Source: Acidimicrobiales bacterium (GTDB lineage: Bacteria; Actinomycetota; Acidimicrobiia; Acidimicrobiales; VFJN01). Taken from it: a stretch of DNA of 64,000 nt. This document shows, in pieces, positions 39,904 to 49,276 of the stretch (its first letter is position 1; the number at the start of each line of letters is the position of its first letter). Under the pieces are notes generated by a model. It saw only the letters and a program-made list of their open reading frames with translations. It had not been told where the DNA came from and made no database searches. The position numbers were made by a program, and so were the translations under genes. The stretch covers positions 4,392 to 68,391 of the forward strand of contig JBBDWQ010000026.1 of the NCBI GenBank assembly GCA_040902805.1, in the 5' to 3' direction.

Positions 39904-40622
39904 TGGTGCTCGGCGTGGGGACGAAGCTCGGAACTGAGGTGCTGCTCGCGCTGCTCGATGTCGGCGGCGGCGGTCTCGGTGGCACCGAGGTGCAGGATCG
40001 CCTGGCCGAGGTGGGCAAGAAGCCAGGCGCCGACGAGTTGCTCGTGGCCCTCTTGCGTCTTGAGGGCGCGGGCCAGGTGACGGTGCAGCGTGGCGATCGG
40101 ATGACCTTTGCCCTCACCGCGGCCGGTCGAGACCGTGCCTACGAGCTCGGGGGTGGCCAGCCGGTGCACCTCCAGCTGCTCATGGCGGACCTCGTCGGCT
40201 ACGTGTCGTTCACCTCCACCCATGGCGATGTCGCTGGGCGCGACGCCGCTGGTGCTTTGTACGAGTCGGCCTCCGATGCGGTGCGTCGCGGCGGCGGCGA
40301 GGTCGTGAAGGTCATGGGCGACGGATTTCTGGCCTGGCTGCCACCAGCCACCGACCCCGTACCTGTGGTGGCCGAGGTGGCCGCCGGCTGTGCGCATCCG
40401 TCGGGCGAGCCATGGCGACTGCGGGCGGGAAGCCACATCGGCTACCCGATCCGGCATCGCAACGACCTGTTCGGTAACGATGTGAACCTCGTGTCGCGCC
40501 TGTGCGCGGCGGCTGCGCCGGGGCAGCTCGTGCGATCATCCGGCGGTGATGGCGATCCCGAGCACCTTGACGTGCGCGGCCTCGACGCACCGGTACCAGT
40601 CTGGCGGGTGACAGTCCGGTGA
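39903..40622 (+). CDS. PadR-like winged helix + class III adenylyl cyclase fusion
   Basis: N-term LLRLEGAGQV...FALTAAGR wHTH; C-term MADLVG, VKVMGDG, NDLFGNDVNLVSRL. Confidence 0.85.
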   Translation: MVLGVGTKLGTEVLLALLDVGGGGLGGTEVQDRLAEVGKKPGADELLVALLRLEGAGQVTVQRGDRMTFALTAAGRDRAYELGGGQPVHLQLLMADLVGYVSFTSTHGDVAGRDAAGALYESASDAVRRGGGEVVKVMGDGFLAWLPPATDPVPVVAEVAAGCAHPSGEPWRLRAGSHIGYPIRHRNDLFGNDVNLVSRLCAAAAPGQLVRSSGGDGDPEHLDVRGLDAPVPVWRVTVR

Positions 40623-41077
40623 CCCGTCTCTTTGGACGTGGCGAGCTGAAGCAGGCGTTGCTGCATGTGGTCGTCGAGGAGGGTCCGACCAACGGCTACT
40701 CGATCATGCAGGCCCTCGCTGACCGCATCGGTGGCTCGTGGAAGCCCAGTCCCGGCGCGATCTATCCCGCTTTGCTCGCGCTGGAGGACGACGGCTTCGT
40801 CAAGGGCCAAGACCACGACGGGGCTCGTCGCTACGAAGCGACCGCGAAGGGTCGGACGGCGGTGGCACGTGAGCCGGATGTCCTCGCCGTGGTCGCCGGT
40901 CGCGCTGCCACCGCCCCCGCGCCCGCGATCACCGTGGCGTCCGTCCTCGATCGACTGGCGACCAGCGCCCCGCACCGCGACCTGCAGATCGACACCAACA
41001 AGACCAATCGACTCGAGCGGGCGTTCCGGCCCGTGCTCGACGAGATCAATCGACTGACTGCCGAGGAGGCACCCTGA
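40619..41077 (+). CDS. PadR family transcriptional regulator
   Basis: NGYSIM, WKPSPGAIYPAL..LE.DG, YEATAKG. Confidence 0.92.
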   Translation: MTRLFGRGELKQALLHVVVEEGPTNGYSIMQALADRIGGSWKPSPGAIYPALLALEDDGFVKGQDHDGARRYEATAKGRTAVAREPDVLAVVAGRAATAPAPAITVASVLDRLATSAPHRDLQIDTNKTNRLERAFRPVLDEINRLTAEEAP

Positions 41078-41364
41078 TGGACGACTTCGCGCTCGCCGCG
41101 TTCCGCGAACGAGAGGCCCGCCAGATCCTGAAACGCCGGGCGTTCTACGTGCACGCCGCGGTGTACGTGGCTGTGCAGATCGCTCTCGTGGTGATCTGGG
41201 CGCTCGCGGGTGGTGGCCATCCATGGTTCCTGTACGCACTCATCGGTTGGGGCATCGGTCTCGTCGCCCACGGCGCCACCGCGTTCTTGATGTCACACCC
41301 CGACGACATTGTCCTGCAGCGCGAGCAACGCCGCGCCGCACGATCGGGAAACCCGCCCACCTAG
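41077..41364 (+). CDS. 2TM domain protein
   Basis: FYVHAAVY...PWF...GWGIGLVAH pattern typical of the 2TM family. Confidence 0.85.
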   Translation: MDDFALAAFREREARQILKRRAFYVHAAVYVAVQIALVVIWALAGGGHPWFLYALIGWGIGLVAHGATAFLMSHPDDIVLQREQRRAARSGNPPT

Positions 41365-41855
41365 AACGTCCAGCGGGTAGGACTGCCTGTGAAGTCGTCC
41401 TCTGTCAGACCGAACACCACCTCCGGCGTGATCCGGATGGTGGCATTGACCTCGGGGTCGAGGAAGTTGGGCTCGTAGCTGGTGCCGTACTTTCCGTTCA
41501 TCGCCTCCAGGAAGGTCGTGATCAGGTCGGGTTCCCGGATGATCTCGGCCTCGCCTTCCACCACCACCGGTTCGAGCGCGTCATCGGTTGTGATCGAGCA
41601 ACGCCCGTCCTTCGCGATGTTGCGGGCCTTGCGCGAGCTCAGTGCACTGCTCGACCAGAGCGCGCCGTCCCGCCACACGGCCCACACGGGCATGATGTGG
41701 GGGCGTCCATCGCTGCAGGTCGTCGCCAGCCAGTAGTCGTGGCTGTGTTCGAGGCGCTCATTGGCCCAGGTCCAGGGCAGGAGGCCAGTGCCCTCGTCGA
41801 AGGGCAGGATCCCGTACCCAGGCATGTGCGGCCGGGAGGCCGTCGGTTGCCTCAC
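41361..41855 (-). CDS. Pyridoxamine 5'-phosphate oxidase-like split barrel protein
   Basis: YWLATT..DGRPH..PVW, SRKARNI, PTRW. Confidence 0.85.
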   Translation of the reverse strand: MRQPTASRPHMPGYGILPFDEGTGLLPWTWANERLEHSHDYWLATTCSDGRPHIMPVWAVWRDGALWSSSALSSRKARNIAKDGRCSITTDDALEPVVVEGEAEIIREPDLITTFLEAMNGKYGTSYEPNFLDPEVNATIRITPEVVFGLTEDDFTGSPTRWTF

Positions 41856-41925
41856 CTCTCCATCCTGCACCCTCTCGCGTGCAGTGGCGAGGGTCGTGCT
41901 GCGATGGTGCGCTTGGTTGTCCAGA

Positions 41926-41943
41926 ACTAGAACGTGTTCTAGT
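41926..41943. promoter_or_regulatory. KstR-type operator, copy 4
   Basis: ACTAGAACGTGTTCTAGT overlapping TAGTCT -10 of leaderless deacylase gene. Confidence 0.88.
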
Positions 41944-41951
41944 CTCGGGCG

Positions 41952-43700
41952 ATGGCCACCTTCGATCTCGTGATCATCAACGGCATCGTCGTCGACGGCA
42001 CGGGCCTGCCCCGTCGGCGCGCCGACATCGGTGTCCGGGATGGCCGGATCGCGGCAATCGGATTCATCGACGCCAGCGACGGCACGCGAGTGATCGATGC
42101 GAAGGGGATGGTGGTGGCCCCTGGCATCGTCGATCCGCACACCCACTACGACCCCCAGCTCACCTTCGAGCCGTACGGCACGTCGAGCTGCTACCACGGC
42201 GTCACCACGGTGGTCACCGGCAACTGCGGGTTCTCGGTGGCGCCCCTCAAGCCCGGTGACGCGCCGTGGCTGATCCAGCTCTTTGCCCGTGTGGAGGGCA
42301 TGGACGCTTCCGCGCTCGAGGGCATCCCCGTTGACGGGTTCGAGACCTTTCCTGAGTTCCTCGCGTCGATGCGTGGCCAGATCGGCATCAACGCCGCCTT
42401 CTATGTGGGCCACTGCGCGCTGCGGCGATACGTCATGGGCGATGCGGCCCAGGAGCGTGAGGCGACGTCCGACGAGGTCGACCAGATGGTCGACCTCGTT
42501 CGTGATGCCATGGAGGCAGGCGCCGCTGGGTTCTCGTCGACGCACTCACCAACACACTTCGACTCTGCCGATCGTCCGGTGCCGTCGCGGCTCTCCAGCC
42601 TGGACGAGCTCAAGGCGCTCGCAGCGGCGGCGGGTCATGCCGGTGGTGGTTCGCTGGCCTACCTGCCCGGATCGGCGGTCGGGGGTATCACTCCCGACGA
42701 CGAGGCGCTGCTCATCGAGATGTCCCTCCTGTCGCGCATGCCAGTGATCATCCAAGGTCTCGGCGCTCGCTCCAAGGTCGATGCCCCCACCGCGGGGTGG
42801 GACAACGCCAAACGCTTCGTCGACGAAGCCACCGAGCAAGGTGCAGCCGTGTACTCGATGGCGATGTCGAAGCCGTTCAACCGCACCTTCGATCTGGCGG
42901 CCGGTACGAAGCTGTATGAGGGAGCGCTGGCGCTGAACCGCCTCTTCACCGAGGCGGGCACCGTCGCGGAGCGGATGGCGCTCGTCGCTGACCCTGCCTT
43001 CCGTGACGCGGCGCGAGACTCGGTCGAGAACCCCAACCGCGATCCCTCCGCCGGTCCGACGTTGCCGCCCCCAGCCTGGACTGATCTGCAGGTCAACAAG
43101 GTGAGCAAGCCGGAGAACGAGAAGCTCATCGGCCGCTCGCTCGTAGACATCGCCGCCGAGCGCGGCGTGCATCCCACCGACGCGTTCCTCGACATCGCGG
43201 CGTCAGAGGATCTCACCGTCGAGTTCGTATGGCGCACCGAGAACCCTGAGTGGATCGACGGCACGCGCATCGCACAGGAGGACCCGCACATGATCGTGGG
43301 CACCTCTGACGGCGGCGCCCATCTGGACCGCGATGACGGCGCCGAAGCGCACTCCTGGTTCCTGCAGCACTGGGTGCGGGAGTGGAAGGGCTTCACGCTC
43401 GAAGAGGGCGTCCGCCAGATAACGGCGATTCCCGCCGCCCTCTGTGGCTTCACCGACCGAGGCGTGCTTCTCGTCGGCAACGCCGCCGACATCATGATCT
43501 TCGATCCCGACACCATCGGCCCCGACCAGAAGGTCCTGGCCCATGACTTCCCCAACGGCGCGCCGCGCTGGACGTCCAAACCCCGTGGCATGCGCGCCAC
43601 CATCGTCAACGGAGTGCCGATCGTGATCGACGGAGAGCTGCAAGCCGACGCCGGCCTACCTGGTCAGGTGCTCAGCCCCCAGAGGGTGGTGTCCGCATGA
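41952..43700 (+). CDS. N-acyl-D-amino acid deacylase family amidohydrolase
   Basis: [34 protein letters not shown]. Confidence 0.9.
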   Translation: MATFDLVIINGIVVDGTGLPRRRADIGVRDGRIAAIGFIDASDGTRVIDAKGMVVAPGIVDPHTHYDPQLTFEPYGTSSCYHGVTTVVTGNCGFSVAPLKPGDAPWLIQLFARVEGMDASALEGIPVDGFETFPEFLASMRGQIGINAAFYVGHCALRRYVMGDAAQEREATSDEVDQMVDLVRDAMEAGAAGFSSTHSPTHFDSADRPVPSRLSSLDELKALAAAAGHAGGGSLAYLPGSAVGGITPDDEALLIEMSLLSRMPVIIQGLGARSKVDAPTAGWDNAKRFVDEATEQGAAVYSMAMSKPFNRTFDLAAGTKLYEGALALNRLFTEAGTVAERMALVADPAFRDAARDSVENPNRDPSAGPTLPPPAWTDLQVNKVSKPENEKLIGRSLVDIAAERGVHPTDAFLDIAASEDLTVEFVWRTENPEWIDGTRIAQEDPHMIVGTSDGGAHLDRDDGAEAHSWFLQHWVREWKGFTLEEGVRQITAIPAALCGFTDRGVLLVGNAADIMIFDPDTIGPDQKVLAHDFPNGAPRWTSKPRGMRATIVNGVPIVIDGELQADAGLPGQVLSPQRVVSA

Positions 43701-44773
43701 GGGGTCTCGTCTTCACCGGTGAGCTCGAGGTACGTGATGACGTGGAGGTCCGCGGCCCGCAGCCCCACGAGGTGGTGGTGCGCATCGCCAACGCGGGTCT
43801 CTGCCACTCCGATGTGTCGGTGCTCGACGGCACCATCCCGTTTCCGCCGCCGGTCGTGCTCGGCCACGAGGGTGCCGGTGTTGTCGAGGAGGTCGGCTCG
43901 GCCGTGCGCAAGGTGCAGGTGGGCGACCACGTCGTACTCACCACGCTCGGCAACTGCGGCATGTGCGACGCCTGCGATCGCGGCGAGCCCACCCACTGCC
44001 GCGACACCATGGGCAAGCTCAACCAGCCCTTCACCGTGGGCGGCAAGCCCGCCTACCAATTCGCGAACGCTGGCGTGTTCACCGAGCGCACGGTCGTGTC
44101 TGAGACGCAAGCCATCGTGATTCCCAAGGAGGTGCCGCTCGCCACCGCCTGCCTCATTGGGTGTGCGGTCGTCACCGGCGTGGGCGCCGTGCTGAACCGG
44201 GCCAAGGTGAAGCCGGGGGAGACGGTGGTTGTGATCGGTGCCGGTGGCATCGGTCAGTCGGTCATCCAGGGGGCTCGCATCGCCGCCGCCGGTCGGATCG
44301 TGGTCGTCGACGCCAACCCCGGCAAGGAGGCTGTGGCTCGCCAGTTCGGCGCGACGGACTTCCTCGACGGCTCCGCCCTGAGTGGCGAGGGTGAGCTCGT
44401 CGCCGCAGTGAAGGCACTCGGTCTTCCCAACGGCGTCGACCATGTCTTCGAGTGCGTGGGCCATCCTGCCCTCATCCGCAACGCCATCGACCTGCTCGAC
44501 TGGGGCGGACAGTGCATCTTGCTCGGCGTGCCCAAGTTCGGCACCGACGCCAGCTTCATGGTGGCCAGCATGTACAACGACAAGTCGATCCTCGGCTGCC
44601 GGTACGGCACCACCCGCGCCCATCACGACATCCCGCTCTACATCAACTTCTACCTCGACGGCCGACTGATGCTCGACGAGATGGTCAGCCAGGTCTACGA
44701 CCTCGGTGACGTGCAGCAAGCCCTCGACGACCTGCACCACGGCAAGCTCAACCGCGGGGTCCTGGCGCTCTAG
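43697..44773 (+). CDS. Zn-dependent alcohol dehydrogenase
   Basis: CHSD, GHEG, CGMCDAC...C, GAGGIG. Confidence 0.93.
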   Translation: MRGLVFTGELEVRDDVEVRGPQPHEVVVRIANAGLCHSDVSVLDGTIPFPPPVVLGHEGAGVVEEVGSAVRKVQVGDHVVLTTLGNCGMCDACDRGEPTHCRDTMGKLNQPFTVGGKPAYQFANAGVFTERTVVSETQAIVIPKEVPLATACLIGCAVVTGVGAVLNRAKVKPGETVVVIGAGGIGQSVIQGARIAAAGRIVVVDANPGKEAVARQFGATDFLDGSALSGEGELVAAVKALGLPNGVDHVFECVGHPALIRNAIDLLDWGGQCILLGVPKFGTDASFMVASMYNDKSILGCRYGTTRAHHDIPLYINFYLDGRLMLDEMVSQVYDLGDVQQALDDLHHGKLNRGVLAL

Positions 44774-45654
44774 CTGCGGACTAGGTCTCGAAGCGCGTCC
44801 TGGTCGACGGTGAAGGGGTGGCCGGGCGTGAGCGCTTGAACGCACACGTGGTCGGCGCCAGCGTCGTGGTGCTCGCGAATTCGATCGGTGATCGAGTCGA
44901 CGGATCCCCAGGCCACGACCGCGTCGAGGAAGCGCCGGTCGTGGCCGCTGATCTCCTCCTCGGTGAACCCGAGGCGCAACCAGTTGTTCCGATAGTTCGG
45001 CAGGTCGATGTACACGGAGAGTGCCCTGATGGCGGTGGCGTGAGCCACCTCGGCATCACTCGTCAGCACCACCTTCTGCTCCACGCAGAGGAGCTTGTCG
45101 GGGCCGAGGATCTTGCGAGCAACGGCGGTGTGGTCCGGCGTGGTCCAGTACGGGTGTGCGCCGTCGGCGTTGCTGGCCGCGAGCTCGAGCATCTTCGGAC
45201 CTAGAGCTGCGAGCAGGCGTGGTGGCGGCGTGTCCGGTGCCGGGGCCAGGTAGGGCGAGGCATCCATCTTCTCGAGGTACGTGCGCATCGTGCTCACGGG
45301 CTTGTCGTACGGGAGACCCCGCATGCCGCTGACCATGGGCTGGTGGCTCACACCCAGGCCAAGTACGAACCGCCCGCTCGTCTGCTCGGACAGCGCGTTG
45401 GTGGCCTGCAGCATCGCGCCGGGATGGCGGTGATGGATGCTGGCGATGCCAGTGGCCAGTGTGAGGGCATGGGTGTTCGCGCCGAGGTGGGCGAGGTGTA
45501 CGAAGGGGTCACGGCCCATCGTCTCGGGGACCCAGAGCGTGCCGTAGCCCAATTCCTCCAGGAGCTGCGCGAACGCGACCGCGTCGGGCACCGACATCAT
45601 GTCCGTCGGGGCCCATACGCCGAGCCGTCCGATCTGCTCTCGCCACTGCGTCAT
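44770..45654 (-). CDS. LLM-class F420-dependent oxidoreductase
   Basis: LGYGTLW, ATGIA, GRFVLGLGVSH, AALGPKML, AGADHV. Confidence 0.9.
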   Translation of the reverse strand: MTQWREQIGRLGVWAPTDMMSVPDAVAFAQLLEELGYGTLWVPETMGRDPFVHLAHLGANTHALTLATGIASIHHRHPGAMLQATNALSEQTSGRFVLGLGVSHQPMVSGMRGLPYDKPVSTMRTYLEKMDASPYLAPAPDTPPPRLLAALGPKMLELAASNADGAHPYWTTPDHTAVARKILGPDKLLCVEQKVVLTSDAEVAHATAIRALSVYIDLPNYRNNWLRLGFTEEEISGHDRRFLDAVVAWGSVDSITDRIREHHDAGADHVCVQALTPGHPFTVDQDALRDLVRS

Positions 45655-45693
45655 CTGCTCGCTCCTGGTCGCTGAGGAGGGTACCTTCGGCCG

Positions 45694-46626
45694 GTGTCGT
45701 TCCCCGATCACCTGCGAGCCCTCGGCGCGGAGGTCTCCAACTGGGGTCGCTGGGGCGACGCTGACGAGCTCGGCACCCTCAACCTGATCGACGATGCCGC
45801 GGTGCAGCGTGGGATCGCCGCCGCCCGCACCGGCGCCCGCATCCCACTGGCGATACGACTCGACGCCAACGGCCCGCAGATGGGCACCATCCCTGGTCGC
45901 ATCAACCCGTTGCACACCATGGTCGGCATCAACACCGCCTACACCGGCGACCCCGGCGACGTGTGCTTCAGTGACGACACGATCACGATGGGCCTCCAGG
46001 CCTGCACCCACTGGGATGCCCTCGCACACGTGAGCTACGACGGCCTGCTCTACAACGGCCATCGCGCGTCGTCGGTCACCGCCGAGCGCGGCGCGACGCG
46101 CTGCGGCATCCACAAGGTGACGAGCCTGGTGAGCCGGGCCGTCCTGCTCGATGTGGCGAGGGCGCTTGGGGTCGATCGACTCGCACCGGCGCACCCGATC
46201 TCCGCGGCGGACCTTGATGCGGCCCTCGAGCTCACCGGGCTGCGCCTCGACCCGGGCGATGTAGTGCTCGTCCGCACCGGACACATGTCGTTGTTCAAGG
46301 CCAACGACCGCGCTGGCTACGCCATCGGCGATCAGCCCGGGCTCACCGTTGGGACGGTGCCGTGGATGCGTCGGCACGATGTCGCCGCCGTCGCCACCGA
46401 CACGTTGGCCATGGAGGTGTTCCCCTGCGAGGACCCCGCCGTACTGTTCCCAGTTCATCTCCTCCAGCTGCGCGACATGGGGCTCACGCAGGGTCAGAAC
46501 TTCGACCTCGAGGCCCTCGCTGCCCACTGCGCGGCCGATGGCATCTACGAGATGCTTCTCGTCGCCAACCCCGAACCCGTCACCGGTGGTGTCGGCGCGC
46601 CGACGAACCCCGTCGCCATCAAGTAG
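45694..46626 (+). CDS. Cyclase family (kynurenine formamidase-like) metal hydrolase
   Basis: NWGRWG..DELGTLN, THWDALAH, GDVVLVRTG, PTNPVAI. Confidence 0.9.
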   Translation: MSFPDHLRALGAEVSNWGRWGDADELGTLNLIDDAAVQRGIAAARTGARIPLAIRLDANGPQMGTIPGRINPLHTMVGINTAYTGDPGDVCFSDDTITMGLQACTHWDALAHVSYDGLLYNGHRASSVTAERGATRCGIHKVTSLVSRAVLLDVARALGVDRLAPAHPISAADLDAALELTGLRLDPGDVVLVRTGHMSLFKANDRAGYAIGDQPGLTVGTVPWMRRHDVAAVATDTLAMEVFPCEDPAVLFPVHLLQLRDMGLTQGQNFDLEALAAHCAADGIYEMLLVANPEPVTGGVGAPTNPVAIK

Positions 46627-46637
46627 AGAGATCTTCC

Positions 46638-48245
46638 ATGTCCGCTGCTGCCGCGCCCGCGTCCTTCAACTTCGCCGACATCTGGGAGATGGTCGTCGAC
46701 TCGGTCGGTGATCGCGAGGCGCTTGTGTGCGGTGACCAGCGGCGCAGCTACGCGCAGCTCGAGGACAACTCGAACCGTCTCGCCAACCACCTCCTTGCCC
46801 GCGGAGTCAGCCCTGGCGACCACGTCGGGCTCTACCTGGAGAACTGCCCCGAGTACCTCGAAGCGATGCTCGCCTGCTTCAAGATTCGCGCCGTTCCCGT
46901 GAACGTGAACTACCGCTACGTCGCCGGTGAGCTGCGCTACCTGCTCGACAACAGCGACTCGGTCGGCGTCCTGCACGGACCCAAGCACGCCGAGATCGTG
47001 GGTAACGTCATCGGCGATCTGCCCAAGCAGCCCTGGACGCTCGCCACAGGCGCCGACTACGACACGGCGCTCGCCGCCGCGTCCCCCGCGCGCCCACCAC
47101 GAGGTGATCGCGGTGACGACGATCACTACGTGATCTACACCGGTGGCACGACTGGCATGCCCAAGGGGGTCGTGTGGCGCCAGGTCGATGCCTTCTACGC
47201 GTGTCTCGGCGGCGGCGACCCGATGCGTCTCTTCGGCGAGGTCGCAACGCCCGACGAGCTCGTCGAGCGAATCGGGGCTGGTGACCCGATCTACTTCACG
47301 ATGGCCCCTCTCATGCACGTCGCTGCGCAGTGGACCGCGTTCATGTGGTTCTTCATCGGCGGAAAGGTCGTGCTGACGGAGGGTTCGCTTGACCCTGAGC
47401 GCGTGTGGGCGATGGCCGAAGCCGAGAAGGTGCAGCTGATCACTGTGATCGGCGATGCGGTGGCCAAGCCGCTGCTGGACGCGTGGGACGCGGCTGGGCC
47501 AGGACGGTGGGACGTGTCGTCTGTGTTTGCCATCTCCAACGGGGGCGCTCCGTTGTCGGCAGGATGCAAGGCCCGCATTCTCGATCGTTTCCCGAACGTG
47601 CTCGTGAACGACGGGTTTGGCTCGTCCGAGGCAGGGATCCAGGGCTCCTCGCGCCTTTCCGCAGCGGACGTGCCGTCCGCGGGTGGCACGGTGCCGTTCG
47701 ACAAGGGCGCCAAGCCGCTCATGGTGATCGACGACGATGGCCTGCCGGTTGTGCCTGGTTCGGAGGTGACGGGCCGCATCGTCACTGGTGGTCGGCTCCC
47801 GCTTGGGTACTACAACGATCCCGAGAAGACGGCCGCTACGTTCCTCGAGATCGACGGCCAGCGCTGGCTGATCACCGGTGATCTCGCCACCGTCAGAGCG
47901 GATGGGATGCTTGATCTGCTTGGCCGCGGCTCCACGTCGATCAACACCGGCGGCGAGAAGGTCCACCCTGAGGAAGTCGAGGGCGTGCTCCACGCCCATC
48001 CGGGTGTCGCCGACGTGCTCGTCGTGGGGGTGCCCGATGAGCGGTGGGGCAGCGCTGTCACCGCGGTCGTCGAGCCCGCGTCGGACGCGACGCTCACGCT
48101 CGAGGACGTCGTCGCCCACTGCAAGTCCCACCTCGCCGGTTACAAGGTCCCCAAGCGACTTGTCCTGGTCGACAAGGTCGTGCGCAGCCCGGCCGGCAAG
48201 GCCGACTACCGCTGGGCGCTCGGCGCCGCGAACGCCAGCACCTGA
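46638..48245 (+). CDS. FadD19-like acyl-CoA synthetase
   Basis: NYRY, YTGGTTGMPKGVVWR, GSSE, INTGGEKV. Confidence 0.9.
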   Translation: MSAAAAPASFNFADIWEMVVDSVGDREALVCGDQRRSYAQLEDNSNRLANHLLARGVSPGDHVGLYLENCPEYLEAMLACFKIRAVPVNVNYRYVAGELRYLLDNSDSVGVLHGPKHAEIVGNVIGDLPKQPWTLATGADYDTALAAASPARPPRGDRGDDDHYVIYTGGTTGMPKGVVWRQVDAFYACLGGGDPMRLFGEVATPDELVERIGAGDPIYFTMAPLMHVAAQWTAFMWFFIGGKVVLTEGSLDPERVWAMAEAEKVQLITVIGDAVAKPLLDAWDAAGPGRWDVSSVFAISNGGAPLSAGCKARILDRFPNVLVNDGFGSSEAGIQGSSRLSAADVPSAGGTVPFDKGAKPLMVIDDDGLPVVPGSEVTGRIVTGGRLPLGYYNDPEKTAATFLEIDGQRWLITGDLATVRADGMLDLLGRGSTSINTGGEKVHPEEVEGVLHAHPGVADVLVVGVPDERWGSAVTAVVEPASDATLTLEDVVAHCKSHLAGYKVPKRLVLVDKVVRSPAGKADYRWALGAANAST

Positions 48246-48257
48246 TCTTCCCACTCG

Positions 48258-48686
48258 TCAGCGCGTGTGCACCACGGCCTGCCAGGGGCGGTCGATTGGC
48301 AACGGGCATGCAACGACGGCCGCCCGAACGAGCCAGGCGAGCGTCTCTGCGGGCGGGGCGTCGTAGGTCCGCAGTACCAGGCCGCGGCGGGGGTGGTCGC
48401 TCACGACGTACCACTCCTCTGGCACGGGCACGCCCTTGTCGGCCAAGAAGCGCACGAATCGCTGGCCGGCCATGTGCTGGATGCCGATCTCACCGGGCGT
48501 CCATGTCGACAGCGGAACGACGGGACCGCGGTTGCCCAGAAGGTTTCCCAGCGGGCTCTGCGACGGCGCGCGTGGCGCGTCATCCGGATCCACCCCCGGA
48601 TGCAGGTTCACGAACGTGGCATCAGCCAGGTGGGCAAGCAGCGGTGTGATGTCTCCATCGGGGAGCTCAACGATGTGTTCAGCCAC
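48258..48686 (-). CDS. Hypothetical protein
   Basis: ORF fills gap; leaderless TAGCGT-6nt-GTG. Confidence 0.7.
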   Translation of the reverse strand: MAEHIVELPDGDITPLLAHLADATFVNLHPGVDPDDAPRAPSQSPLGNLLGNRGPVVPLSTWTPGEIGIQHMAGQRFVRFLADKGVPVPEEWYVVSDHPRRGLVLRTYDAPPAETLAWLVRAAVVACPLPIDRPWQAVVHTR

Positions 48687-48726
48687 GCCGGGACGCTATC
48701 GGGGGGCGCTCTCGTAGGCTGCGTCG

Positions 48727-49206
48727 ATGGACCTTCCCGTCATGCTCCGAGAAGCGCTTGAGCTGCAGATCCTCGAGGAGTCACCCGAGGACGCGGCGTC
48801 GATGATCGGGACTGGCGTGGGAGAGCACGGGGCCACAGTGGTCGCTCAGGTGCTGTTGGAGGCGACGGCGGTGGCGCTGCGACGCATGGTGTCGATCACT
48901 GACGAAGCCTTTGATCTCGCCGATCTCCTCACTCAGCTGGCGCTCGACGGAGCCGTGCCCGAGCACCGACTCGAGCTGCTCACCGACATCCTGACGGCGG
49001 CCGCTGCCACCGCTGGTGGCATCCGGCCGTCGGTCGATGCCCTGCAGTCGCGCCTCGGTGATCAGGACCTGCTGTTCGGGGCGTGGCTGGGCACCCTCAC
49101 CGGCCTGCGGGTCGTCTCGCTCGCCATCGAGGTCACCGAACCCGAGCTGCTCGAAGACGTGCTGCTCGCCTTCGAGCTGTTCAGCGAGGAGCAGACCGAG
49201 ATCTGA
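48727..49206 (+). CDS. Hypothetical acidic, Leu-rich helical protein
   Basis: ORF with leaderless TAGGCT-6nt-ATG. Confidence 0.75.
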   Translation: MDLPVMLREALELQILEESPEDAASMIGTGVGEHGATVVAQVLLEATAVALRRMVSITDEAFDLADLLTQLALDGAVPEHRLELLTDILTAAAATAGGIRPSVDALQSRLGDQDLLFGAWLGTLTGLRVVSLAIEVTEPELLEDVLLAFELFSEEQTEI

Positions 49207-49276
49207 CCTCGCTCCCGAGACATCTTGGGCGACTGCCACCTAATGTGTCGGAATCAGACAGCGGGTAGGGGGAATC

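Noticed and set aside
26647..41943. LexA SOS boxes (GAAC-N4-GTTC)
   Set aside because: Spacing here is AAC-N2-GTT with TAG/CTA flanks, which fits KstR rather than LexA; adjacent genes are catabolic
10474..48254. Long antisense ORFs (e.g. 10474-12051, 26660-28405, 31765-33171, 46545-48254)
   Set aside because: Shadow ORFs opposite motif-supported genes, expected at high GC
49241..49260. Possible further operator-B site before phosphotransferase 2
   Set aside because: Only a half-site (ATCAGAC) with wrong spacing
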